DNA of 48,984 nt from a virus. The stretch lies in IMG/VR virus record IMGVR_UViG_3300050015_000397, positions 1 through 48,984 of that record. One strand, 5' to 3'. The notes beneath the pieces are model-generated. The model was not told the DNA's origin. It ran no database searches and saw nothing but the letters and a program-made list of their open reading frames with translations. Within the stretch, counting starts at the first letter, position 1. Every line of letters begins with the position of its first letter. The translations under genes and the position numbers were made by a program. This document shows, one piece after another, positions 26,666 through 35,941 of this stretch.

Positions 26666-29600
26666 ATGCCTATTGACTGGGGACAAGTATATAGCGGGAA
26701 AAGTTCGACTGCCGTAGCAACGCCTCCGGTTTCTTCATCGACTCCATCTCCGGTTAAGACTAGTGGCAATATTGATTGGGGAAGCGTGTATAAAATACCT
26801 ACTCCCAAAGTCAACGCTCTTCCTCCCAGCACTTCTCCGTTTAATCCGAATACTCCTAATAATCAGTTTGTGAATCCAAATACTCCAGCTCTGGGACCGG
26901 TTAAGAGCGTGGCACAACAGTTTTTACCTGCCTTAAAAGATACCATAGCCACTCCTACTCCCGGCTTTGGAGGTTACAACGCCCCTAAACCTGTGGACAT
27001 GGCCTTCCCAGTTGGCCCTTCCACTGCTGACATTGCTACAGCTAACCAAAAAGCCGATACTTTAAAAGCATCCGGCACATGGCTAGATACTAACAAGCCC
27101 GACCTAACTAATAAACAGCAGATTGATGCTTACAATGCCAAGGTTGCCGAGCATAACCAGACGTTAAAGGATTATCAGGCATTTTCCGGCACGTTAAATA
27201 AGCAGCAGGATGTTTTAAATACGCTTAATACCAAATCGGCTGCTTACAATGCCGGCAACGAGCAGGTAAGGGCTAACGTAACCGGGCAATCTCCTACTGC
27301 GAGGAAGTTTGACCAGACATTAGCTAATTCAGAAATACTCGGGCAGGTTTATAATTTGGTAAACAACAGCCCAGGCGAAGCGGAAAATAACAAAATGGCT
27401 GTGGCTGATTTTGCTGAAAAGCATCCGGGACTTTCTGCTGTGGCTGCTGGTTTGGGTATGCTTACAGATACCATTTTACTTTCCAATGTCGGAGCTGGAT
27501 TTGGCCTTGAAGCTAAGGTAGGATCTAAGGGCGGAACAGTATCAGAACTTTCTAAGTTTTTTTCTCCTACTAATAAGATTGCTCAAACCGCAACATCTAT
27601 TATTGCTAAAGGCACAGAGAATGCTTCCATCTTCGGCATCCAGTCTTTCCTGCACGAAGGTTTGTCCCAAGCCCAGAGTCAGAAATTTGAAGCTGGGAAA
27701 TTAGCTTCAGCCACAGGATCTGGCGCATTGTTTGGTTTTGCCACAGGTGGAGCTGGTGGATTCGTTTCCCGAACAGCGCGCGGTGCAGCCTCGGCCGCCG
27801 GAGTAGCAGCACTCACCACAGTTGAAAAACTCGTCTCTAATGGCAAATTAACCGCTAAGGATTTGACCGACATAGGCGTAAATGCCACTGTAGCCGGTAT
27901 TTTTAGTTTTACTACGGGTGGTAGCGCTAAGAGCGTGGAAGCTATTCGAGCTCGGGAAATAAATTTTGAAAGTCAAATAGCCACATATCGAAATGCCGAT
28001 CCTTCACTTACTTATGAACAAGGCAGGCAAGCGGCAGCATTGGACAATGCTTTAGTCTATTCACGAATTACAGGACAACCAATGTCTCCTGAATTAATGA
28101 AGCAGGCATTAAGTGGTCTGCTTGATGTTTCTGTTAAGCCTACTACTGAACTTAAACAGATTTTAAACGAAGTCCCCGAAAGCTTCAAATCTCTCCCGGC
28201 CGAAGAGCAGATAAAAATTCAGGAAAATGTCACCGAAAAAGTCCAGGCAGGGGAGCCGATTAAGCAGGCTATTAAAGAAGAGATGGTTGCGGCCGGCATG
28301 CCCGTTGGGTTTGTTCCTCCGACTCAAACTCCAGTTGATATGCTGACCCAGGGTAAGCCCGGCGTTACGATTGGTTTTAAAGCTCCCACCCAGACTCCGG
28401 TGGAGATGGCGCAGGGGGGGCAAACACACAGCAAAATGCAACCTGGTGATATTTTTGTATTCAGTCCTAAAACCGGACAGATACATAGTACAGTCGAAGG
28501 AATGAATGGAGACGAATCTACTAACATTGCTTTTAAAAGACAGATTTCAGGCGGTCATGAAGACATGTTACGGTCTTATAAAGACGCTCAAGGTCAATTG
28601 GGAAATTTTGATAGTCTTGTAAGAGGCAAAGTACTTAACGATGGAACAATTAATATTTATTTTGACGCGGATAAAAGCTTATCAATGACTAATGCCGATA
28701 GAATTGCTCAGCTCAGAAACGCTGCTAAAAGTTTGATTAGCCAAGGAACGAATCCTAACACTCCTGTGATAGTTGGTACTCAAGTAATGGGAAAAACTAT
28801 TGGCAACTTTATAAAACCTAATACTATTGGACAATTAGCTGGGGAGCCCCTCGGCTTCCAGCCCCCCATCGCTTCTCCGGTGGAGATGGTAACGCAGGCG
28901 GCACAGTTAAAGATGCAACCGACTAAAGCAGTCAAGCCTGAAGCCGTAGCTAAGGAAATGACTGGTCTTGGCATGGAGTCTTCTTTAAAAATAGGGAAAA
29001 ACGGTCCCGAGTATAAGCGCGCGCCTATCGGTAAGATTGAATTAAAAACTTTACTACAAAACAATGCAGAGTTTAAAGCTAATCCGGTATTGACGGTTAA
29101 TACCGCTGGTAACTTAGAGTTTAAAGGTAAAACTACCCAGTTTGAAATAAAGCCGGATGCAATGCAACTTCAGAAAGCTAATTTAAAGCCAGGTGATCAG
29201 ATAACTGTAGATAAAGCATCCCTCCAGGAAAAAGGCGCGCCGCAACAGATGCGTGTAATGAGAGATGGACAAGTCTTAGCCTCTAAAGCCGGTAAAGCCA
29301 TTGGAACATTTGAGAAAGCGCCACAAACTACGGAAGGGAAAACGTCTCTTAAACTATCCGACGAGGTTAAAACCTTTGTCCACAAGTACGCTGAACGAAT
29401 TGGAGAAGGATTCTTACCAAAAGGAACTAAAGGAGTATTTTATACGGATAGTAAAAATATCTTTACTTCCGGTATGACCAATGTCTCTACGGCTATTCAT
29501 GAAGTTACTCACTTTTTAGACCAGAAGTTTGGCATGGTTAAAAAGCTTAATAAAGTTGTGGGAGAGACCGAAAAAGGTAATCCTGTTTATGATAAGCAAA

Positions 29601-32515
29601 CTTATAAACTTAGGAAACAACTGACTGATATTTATGTAGCTTATTATCCCGGCGGAAGTAGGGATCATAAGTTAATTACCAGGCTTACTGAAGGTTATGC
29701 AACTTTACTTCAGAAGTATTCTGAGATGCCACAGACCATTACGGCAAATTATGAAAATCTGGTTAATACCTTTTTAAAGCCAGGCGGTATATTCTACGAA
29801 CCGGTTATTGGTGAGATGATCACTGACATTCGCAAACTGATAGACAACTACCAGGGTCTTTCATCGTTGGATAAAATCGGCAGCATGATTTCTACCGGGG
29901 ACAGCAAGGTTAATAAAAAGAGTTTCCTTAACTACTGGCAGATGCTTCGGACCGTAGAAGCTGATGATATTTATCCGTTTGAAGTGCTTGATACTCAGGC
30001 AGGAGTAGCCAATACTTCCAAAAGCGTTTCCCTTCAGATTCGCGGCTACAGGAATTATACATCTTCTGTATTCCAGAAAAACCTTTCTGGCAAAGGCGGC
30101 ATGTGGATTTTTAATGCCAAAGGCGAGATAGCTAAGGTGACTGAAAAGAATATCGGAAATTTAATCCAGGACTTAGCAAAGAAGAAAGTAATGGATGAGT
30201 TTGCTTTTTACTTGGTTGCCCGGGACGCGCATTTTGAATACCAGCGTCTGGATGAAATGAAAAAAGAACTGGACGCGGAAAAGGAAGCAATAGACGAGAT
30301 GAAGGCTGATGGAGAAGATTTAGTTGACGAAAAAGGCCATAGTTTAATGGATGCTTACCGGGAAATGAAAAAAGAATACGATACTATGGCTAAGGCTCTA
30401 GAGAATAATCCGTTTACTAGGGCGGAAGTTGATTCGGCATGGAGTCAAAATTCAGATAGATTTGTTCAGGAAGAAAAACTTTATGATGAGCTGACGGAAA
30501 AAGGACAGTTGGATATTCTTCATAATGCCCAACTTTTAAATAATGATAAGTACGAAGAGTTCAAAGGCAGGAAAGGTTATGCTTCCCGCAAGCGCGTATT
30601 TTATAATGAACTTCTAGGTGATGAGCTTAGTCACGGAGTTATTTCTGTCGGTGGATCCAGTATATCTTCCATGGTCCAGCGTAAAGGTTCGTTCCGCGAA
30701 ATCCAGAATCCTCTTTATTCTTTGGTTACTGATCATCATCAGATTATGACTAAAGCCGGTCGGCAGTTTATTTATAATCGGATGTTGAATATTGCTCCGC
30801 AGTTTCCTGATTTATTTCAAATACAAAAACTGGAAATGAAGGGTCCCGGCATCATGCCTCAAGTTACTGATCCGCATTATATTATTGCCCGGCAAAATTA
30901 CAAAGCCGTGCCGATTTTAGTTGATAATTTAGTTAGGCAGATACTGGATAATGTCCTATCGGTTCAGCACTTAAATAGTTTTGAACAGATTTTAAGGGAA
31001 GCTTCTCAAATTAAGGTTATTGGTACTACAGCTACTTACTATGCTTTTGGCGCGGTCAATGCTGTGCGCGATCAGATTACTGCTCCGATATTTTCCACAA
31101 ATAAATATATTCCGCTTTATACCGGTATGAAGGAACTGGTAAAAATATTTAACCCTACTAACCCGGAACATCAGTTTGCTAAAGAGTGGTTTACCTTAGG
31201 CGGCGACCGTTATACATTAGTGAGCTTTGAAAATCTTACTCCTGATGAAATTATGGCTAAGATTGCCAAAGAAACTACGGGACTTGAAACTGCTAAAAAA
31301 GTTTTAGAAACAGGTGGCGCTATTGTAGGCGCACCGGCAAAGTATTCTGAAATATTTACTCGTTTAACCGAGTATGTCCTTGCCCGGAAAAACGGTAAAG
31401 ACCAGTGGACAGCCATGGAAGACTCTCAGCGCGTCTCGGGGCCGTTCTCTCATATTGGCAAAGACCCTTCTACTGCTATTCGGCCATGGGCTTTGACTAA
31501 AAAAGCTTTGGCTAAATCTGTAGGTTCTCCACAGTCTTCAGGCGGACAGACTTTTATTCGCAGTATTCCATTTACTAATCCGGGACTTCAGATTATTGAC
31601 CAGGCATTAAGAACTTTGGAAACACCAAAAGGCCGCGCCAGATATTTATTTGTTGCCGCGGCGCTTACGGCTGTTTTAGTTGCGTCTACAATCTATACAA
31701 AAAACAAAGCTACCCCCGAGCAGATACAGGAACTGAAAGATATTGATCCGAATATGTTTACGCTTTATGTTTATATCCCTAAACCTTCCGGTAAAGGCTT
31801 TATTCGCATACCTATTCCACAAGAAGCTGGCGTAGTAGGGCAGATGATAAACATGGTAGTCAAAGATAAGATGATCGGCACTGATTACAGTAAAGGTGAA
31901 TATTTTGACGCGGGAACTGGCTTTTTACCAAACCTGATTAACCCACAGTCATTTATGGATAGTTCTAAAGCTATGACTGCGTTTATTCCTCAGTTGTTTA
32001 TGCCTATTATCCACGCGGCTACAGGCATGGCAACTTTCCCAACGACTCATCCGATTGAATCTGCTCGTATGAAAGCTCTCCCACCTGAATTTAGATATTC
32101 TGCCGGGACTGCTCCGGTTGCTAAATTTTTGGGTAAACAGTTTAATTTATCTCCAGCGATGATTGATTTTTTACTTACGGATACATTTGGTCGGGCCACA
32201 GGACTCCTTACCGGTAAAAAGGCGGCTTACAATCCATTATCCGGCTTTGACCAGAATTCCAACTGGGAATCAGGACGGACCATGAACAACTACTGGCAGT
32301 GGAGTAGTTATATTGCCCAAGAAACTACGGCCACTAAAAAAGGCTACCAACCGTACGATCCGGCGATAGCACAAAATAAAGGAACAGTAGCAACGATAGG
32401 CAAACTTATGACTGTTTATAGCGCAGCTTATACTCGTAATGATACAGAGTTGGCAACTACCCTTCAACAGACAATACAGCAATTAGCGTCTACTTTGCCT
32501 AAATTTGGTAAATAG
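26666..32515 (+). CDS. Giant virion protein with HExxH motif (1949 aa), possibly an internal core/ejection protein
   Basis: Uninterrupted 5.85-kb ORF. AIHEVTHFLD (zincin-like), IDWGxVY x2 at the N-terminus, F-PP-TPVeM-TQ x3, and a hydrophobic segment YLFVAAALTAVLVASTIY. Confidence 0.8.
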   Translation: MPIDWGQVYSGKSSTAVATPPVSSSTPSPVKTSGNIDWGSVYKIPTPKVNALPPSTSPFNPNTPNNQFVNPNTPALGPVKSVAQQFLPALKDTIATPTPGFGGYNAPKPVDMAFPVGPSTADIATANQKADTLKASGTWLDTNKPDLTNKQQIDAYNAKVAEHNQTLKDYQAFSGTLNKQQDVLNTLNTKSAAYNAGNEQVRANVTGQSPTARKFDQTLANSEILGQVYNLVNNSPGEAENNKMAVADFAEKHPGLSAVAAGLGMLTDTILLSNVGAGFGLEAKVGSKGGTVSELSKFFSPTNKIAQTATSIIAKGTENASIFGIQSFLHEGLSQAQSQKFEAGKLASATGSGALFGFATGGAGGFVSRTARGAASAAGVAALTTVEKLVSNGKLTAKDLTDIGVNATVAGIFSFTTGGSAKSVEAIRAREINFESQIATYRNADPSLTYEQGRQAAALDNALVYSRITGQPMSPELMKQALSGLLDVSVKPTTELKQILNEVPESFKSLPAEEQIKIQENVTEKVQAGEPIKQAIKEEMVAAGMPVGFVPPTQTPVDMLTQGKPGVTIGFKAPTQTPVEMAQGGQTHSKMQPGDIFVFSPKTGQIHSTVEGMNGDESTNIAFKRQISGGHEDMLRSYKDAQGQLGNFDSLVRGKVLNDGTINIYFDADKSLSMTNADRIAQLRNAAKSLISQGTNPNTPVIVGTQVMGKTIGNFIKPNTIGQLAGEPLGFQPPIASPVEMVTQAAQLKMQPTKAVKPEAVAKEMTGLGMESSLKIGKNGPEYKRAPIGKIELKTLLQNNAEFKANPVLTVNTAGNLEFKGKTTQFEIKPDAMQLQKANLKPGDQITVDKASLQEKGAPQQMRVMRDGQVLASKAGKAIGTFEKAPQTTEGKTSLKLSDEVKTFVHKYAERIGEGFLPKGTKGVFYTDSKNIFTSGMTNVSTAIHEVTHFLDQKFGMVKKLNKVVGETEKGNPVYDKQTYKLRKQLTDIYVAYYPGGSRDHKLITRLTEGYATLLQKYSEMPQTITANYENLVNTFLKPGGIFYEPVIGEMITDIRKLIDNYQGLSSLDKIGSMISTGDSKVNKKSFLNYWQMLRTVEADDIYPFEVLDTQAGVANTSKSVSLQIRGYRNYTSSVFQKNLSGKGGMWIFNAKGEIAKVTEKNIGNLIQDLAKKKVMDEFAFYLVARDAHFEYQRLDEMKKELDAEKEAIDEMKADGEDLVDEKGHSLMDAYREMKKEYDTMAKALENNPFTRAEVDSAWSQNSDRFVQEEKLYDELTEKGQLDILHNAQLLNNDKYEEFKGRKGYASRKRVFYNELLGDELSHGVISVGGSSISSMVQRKGSFREIQNPLYSLVTDHHQIMTKAGRQFIYNRMLNIAPQFPDLFQIQKLEMKGPGIMPQVTDPHYIIARQNYKAVPILVDNLVRQILDNVLSVQHLNSFEQILREASQIKVIGTTATYYAFGAVNAVRDQITAPIFSTNKYIPLYTGMKELVKIFNPTNPEHQFAKEWFTLGGDRYTLVSFENLTPDEIMAKIAKETTGLETAKKVLETGGAIVGAPAKYSEIFTRLTEYVLARKNGKDQWTAMEDSQRVSGPFSHIGKDPSTAIRPWALTKKALAKSVGSPQSSGGQTFIRSIPFTNPGLQIIDQALRTLETPKGRARYLFVAAALTAVLVASTIYTKNKATPEQIQELKDIDPNMFTLYVYIPKPSGKGFIRIPIPQEAGVVGQMINMVVKDKMIGTDYSKGEYFDAGTGFLPNLINPQSFMDSSKAMTAFIPQLFMPIIHAATGMATFPTTHPIESARMKALPPEFRYSAGTAPVAKFLGKQFNLSPAMIDFLLTDTFGRATGLLTGKKAAYNPLSGFDQNSNWESGRTMNNYWQWSSYIAQETTATKKGYQPYDPAIAQNKGTVATIGKLMTVYSAAYTRNDTELATTLQQTIQQLASTLPKFGK

Positions 32516-32611
32516 TTTCTGAATACCTATGATCATTAGTCCTACTAAAAAGAGTGAGCCGTAACCTAAGACATAAACCAAGATTATAGTTTGTAACCAA
32601 TTATTATTCAT
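32483..32611 (-). CDS. Possible antisense 42-aa membrane peptide
   Basis: My own translation: MNNNWLQTIILVYVLGYGSLFLVGLMIIGIQKLFTKFRQSRR. Purine-rich GGGAGGGGGTGTAAGGTGGGGGT lies directly upstream of the ATG. Confidence 0.3.
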   Translation of the reverse strand: MNNNWLQTIILVYVLGYGSLFLVGLMIIGIQKLFTKFRQSRR

Positions 32612-32662
32612 ACCCCCACCTTACACCCCCTCCCTTCTCTTGTCAATTAACAAACAATAACT

Positions 32663-34843
32663 ATGCCATCAATTTTCAATTCAGATCAAGTAGCTCCTTC
32701 ACCAATTAATGGGAAGGTTTTAGGTACGGACGGAATTAAAAATCAGTGGGTAACAGGCGCTACTGGTTCCGGAGCCTGCGGTGTGTCTGGTGTTTCAGGG
32801 GTTTCTGGCGCGGCAGGCGCGGATGGAGCATGTGGTGTTTCTGGTGTCAGCGGTGTAAGTGGAACCGTTGGTTCTAACGGAGCATGTGGTGTATCAGGTG
32901 TCAGTGGTATCGCAGGAGACGGTGTATCTGGAGCCTGTGGAATTTCTGGAGTTAAAGGAGATACAGGTGCATGCGGAGTATCTGGAGTCAGTGGAGTCTC
33001 TGGTGTACCAGGTAATGATGGTGCCTGTGGAGCTAAAGGCGTAACGGGTGCTTGCGGAGTATCAGGTGTCTCTGGTGTTGCTTCTACAGTAGCAGGTCCC
33101 GCTGGAGCTTGTGGTGTAAGTGGAGTGTCAGGTGTGGCTTCTTCCGTTGCAGGACCAGCTGGTGCCTGTGGTGTCTCAGGAGTAAAAGGAGACACTGGAG
33201 CCTGTGGTATTTCTGGAGTGTCAGGTGTTTCAGGAACAGCAGGTACGAATGGGGCCTGTGGCGTAAGCGGAACAGCGGGTACTGCGGGGGCTTGCGGAGT
33301 ATCAGGAGTCTCAGGCGTTTCTGGCGTGGCCTCAACTGTCGCTGGAGCCACAGGAGCATGCGGGGTCTCAGGAGTTAGTGGTGTATCAGGAGTCAGTGGC
33401 GTATCGGGTGTTTCAGGCGTAGCATCTACAGTTTCGGGACCAGCAGGGGCTTGTGGGGTCTCAGGTATTTCCGGTGCATCTGGTCCTATTGGACAAGCCG
33501 GTGGATTTGCTATTGAGTGGACATACAATACTACGACAACTCCAACTCCTGCATCGGGTACTTTCAGAATGAACTCAGCTACTGCCAGTGCTGTAACCCA
33601 TTTATATGTTGCTATAGTAGACGCAAACTCTGTAGATGAAGATGCTATTTTGAATCAAATAAAATCAGGAGATGTAATTCAAGTTGAAGGACATTTAGTA
33701 CCTACTACATTTAATTTTTATAACGTTACAGCCAATACTCAACAAACAGGTTATCACGACTTTACAGTTGTTTGGCAGTCAGGTTCGGGGAATTTTACAA
33801 ATGGTGTTCTTCAAGATTTTCTATTCTCTTTAATAGGACCTGTTGGAGCATGTGGTGTCTCTGGTGTTTCTGGAGTTTCGGGTGTGTCTGGAACCACTGG
33901 GAGTGCTGGTGCATGTGGGGTTTCAGGTGTTAGTGGAATAAGTGGCGTAGCAGGAGCTGGGGGTGCATGCGGAATTTCAGGAGTCGCTGGAGCAGGTGGA
34001 GCCTGTGGGGTATCGGGTACCGCTGGAGCTGGAGGAGCCTGCGGTGTAAGCGGTGTCAGCGGAGTCACAGGTGTGGCGGGTGCTGCGGGGGCGTGTGGTG
34101 TCTCTGGTGTATCGGGGGTAACGGGAGTCAAAGGGGATACTGGTGCGTGCGGGGTAAGTGGCGTCTCAGGAGTAACTGGCGTAGCTGGTACCAATGGAGC
34201 CTGTGGTGTAAGTGGAACTGCGGGAACGAATGGGGCTTGTGGAGTTTCTGGAATATCAGGGGTATCAGGTACAACTGGTTCTGGTGCTTGTGGAGTTTCT
34301 GGTATTTCAGGGATTAGTGGCGTTTCAGGGGTATCTGGCGTAAGTGGAGTTCCTATAGCAAACCCGCTCGCCTCTTTAATCAATCTTGGAGAAGGTGCAG
34401 ACCCAGCAACAATTGGTTTAGCTGTTGATGAAAATCTGTCTGCCGATGAAAGATATTCTGGTATCGTTATTGCAGGAACTGCTGGAGCCACTATTGCTTT
34501 CGGAGATTTATGTTACTTGGATGTAACTGCGGCAGAGTGGGTTCTTGCAGATGCAGATGCAGTCGGTACTGCTGGACCTGTTTGTCTTGGAATATGCGTA
34601 GACGCTTCTACAAATGCAAATGCAACCGCGATGCTTCTAATGGGGACTGTTCGCTCTGCGGCATTTCCAGCTTCTATAGCTCTTGGTGCAGTTCTGTATG
34701 TAGGAGAAACTGCTGGAGACATCCAGGCAACTATACCAACTGGAGCTGATAATGTAATTCGGGTTGTTGGGTGGGCAATTACCGCTGAGCCAAATTCTAT
34801 CTATTTCAACCCAAGCCCCGAGTGGCAAATTACCGTTGCCTGA
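32663..34843 (+). CDS. Tail fibre with two Cys-punctuated Gly-X-Ser repeat blocks (726 aa)
   Basis: Single long ORF. Repeat blocks, a globular insert and a C-terminal globular domain. Located after the internal-protein genes, like T7 gp17. Confidence 0.8.
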   Translation: MPSIFNSDQVAPSPINGKVLGTDGIKNQWVTGATGSGACGVSGVSGVSGAAGADGACGVSGVSGVSGTVGSNGACGVSGVSGIAGDGVSGACGISGVKGDTGACGVSGVSGVSGVPGNDGACGAKGVTGACGVSGVSGVASTVAGPAGACGVSGVSGVASSVAGPAGACGVSGVKGDTGACGISGVSGVSGTAGTNGACGVSGTAGTAGACGVSGVSGVSGVASTVAGATGACGVSGVSGVSGVSGVSGVSGVASTVSGPAGACGVSGISGASGPIGQAGGFAIEWTYNTTTTPTPASGTFRMNSATASAVTHLYVAIVDANSVDEDAILNQIKSGDVIQVEGHLVPTTFNFYNVTANTQQTGYHDFTVVWQSGSGNFTNGVLQDFLFSLIGPVGACGVSGVSGVSGVSGTTGSAGACGVSGVSGISGVAGAGGACGISGVAGAGGACGVSGTAGAGGACGVSGVSGVTGVAGAAGACGVSGVSGVTGVKGDTGACGVSGVSGVTGVAGTNGACGVSGTAGTNGACGVSGISGVSGTTGSGACGVSGISGISGVSGVSGVSGVPIANPLASLINLGEGADPATIGLAVDENLSADERYSGIVIAGTAGATIAFGDLCYLDVTAAEWVLADADAVGTAGPVCLGICVDASTNANATAMLLMGTVRSAAFPASIALGAVLYVGETAGDIQATIPTGADNVIRVVGWAITAEPNSIYFNPSPEWQITVA
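32756..33505 (+). repeat. Repeat block 1: 14 G-A-C-G-[VIA]-[SK]-G units plus GVS/GTA triplets
   Basis: Read from the translation. Synonymous codons differ between copies. Confidence 0.9.
33836..34354 (+). repeat. Repeat block 2: 10 G-A-C-G-[VI]-S-G units plus GVS/GVA/GAG triplets
   Basis: Read from the translation. Confidence 0.9.
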
Positions 34844-34864
34844 GTAGAATAAAAGTATTATAAT
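34836..34864 (+). promoter_or_regulatory. Candidate promoter TTGCCT-17-TATAAT
   Basis: Hexamers at 34836-34841 and 34859-34864. Overlaps the fibre stop codon and lies upstream of HNH gene 1. Confidence 0.5.
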
Positions 34865-34874
34865 ATATACATAT

Positions 34875-35279
34875 ATGCCATTACCAAAAGACGAGACAAA
34901 GAGAAAAAAATATGTGGAAAATCTTAAAAATCAAGGTTTTCAAAAAGGACATACAGTTGGAAAAGGAGTAAAACATCCTTGGACAACAGAAAGAAACAAG
35001 ATAAATAATCCTGTAAAGAAAGGGAGTGAACATTATCTTTGGGTTGGTGGTGGACCTAAATATTGGGCTAAACAAACTAAAATTAGAGACGACAATACTT
35101 GTCAGATTTGTGGTTTAAAGGAACCAGACATTATGGTAGTTGACCACATAAAACCTAAATCAATTTTCCCTGAATTACAGTTTGAAATAAATAATTTAGT
35201 GACACTATGCCCAAATTGTCATGCAAGAAAAACGCAACGGGAAAGACGACAAAAATACGATAAACAATTCTATGCCTAA
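34875..35279 (+). CDS. HNH endonuclease (134 aa)
   Basis: CQICG...VDHIKP...NNLVTLCPNCHARK, plus an upstream EHYLWVGG motif. Confidence 0.85.
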   Translation: MPLPKDETKRKKYVENLKNQGFQKGHTVGKGVKHPWTTERNKINNPVKKGSEHYLWVGGGPKYWAKQTKIRDDNTCQICGLKEPDIMVVDHIKPKSIFPELQFEINNLVTLCPNCHARKTQRERRQKYDKQFYA

Positions 35280-35937
35280 AATAATCAACAATCTAAATCC
35301 TAAATATACCCTTGACGAAACTAAGCAGTTTTTTGCTTTAACAGCAAAAGACAATCCGAAAGACCTTGTAGAAATTGAGTTGGGAGACAGTAAGGATTCT
35401 TCAAAGTTTTTTCCACAACAGAAAATATCTCGTTGGAACAATGAAGTAAACTGTTCAATTAGGTTGAAAGACTTTGATGGGTTTAGTGTTGAAACTGAAA
35501 CGGACAAAATAAAACTCATCACATCAGAAAAGGAAGTTCATTTATATCAAGTAGAAGATGGGGAGGGGGCTAGTGAATTTGAAATCATTTTGAACAAGAA
35601 GCCTAAAAGTAATGTAATGGAATTTTCCATTCAGGACAAGGGAGTTTCTTATTTCTTTCAACCTCCTTTAACAGAACAAGAAAAAGCAGATGGAGCTTCT
35701 CGTCCGATAAATGTGGAGGGGAGTTATGCAGTATACGCTTCAGATAATAAGACTAATTACACTGGGGGGAAGGAGTATAAGTGCGGTAAGTTGGGGCATA
35801 TATATCGCCCCTTGATAAAAGATAATTTAGGCACAGAAGTCTGGGGAGATTTACATATTGAAAACGGAATACTCTCGGTAACTATTCCTCAAGACTTTTT
35901 AGACAAATGTTCTTACCCTTGTTCAATGAAGACATAA
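35272..35937 (+). CDS. Hypothetical protein (221 aa) between the two HNH genes
   Basis: Start taken at ATG 35272 (ATGCCTAA overlap with the HNH stop); the track start is 35221. Confidence 0.65.
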   Translation: MPKIINNLNPKYTLDETKQFFALTAKDNPKDLVEIELGDSKDSSKFFPQQKISRWNNEVNCSIRLKDFDGFSVETETDKIKLITSEKEVHLYQVEDGEGASEFEIILNKKPKSNVMEFSIQDKGVSYFFQPPLTEQEKADGASRPINVEGSYAVYASDNKTNYTGGKEYKCGKLGHIYRPLIKDNLGTEVWGDLHIENGILSVTIPQDFLDKCSYPCSMKT

Positions 35938-35941
35938 TTAT

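Noticed and set aside
33052-33378. Alternative plus-frame and minus-frame ORFs inside the repeat (R/W/C/S-rich or L/H/R-rich)
   Set aside because: They are stop-poor only because of the repeat composition, and the peptides are implausible.
32743-33528. 261-aa antisense ORF (PETPQAPAGPETVDATPETPDTP...) opposite fibre repeat block 1
   Set aside because: It is the mirror image of the GGN-GNN-NNN periodicity and extends only as far as the repeat. The plus-strand ORF continues through non-repeat globular domains and fits the operon.
32756-34354. Possible CRISPR array or DGR variable region, suggested by dense short repeats
   Set aside because: There is no unique-spacer/constant-repeat architecture, and the region is one continuous in-frame ORF. 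No reverse transcriptase or template repeat was found anywhere in the genome.
33811-34491. 226-aa antisense Pro/Thr-rich ORF opposite fibre repeat block 2
   Set aside because: Same mirror-frame artefact of the triplet repeat.
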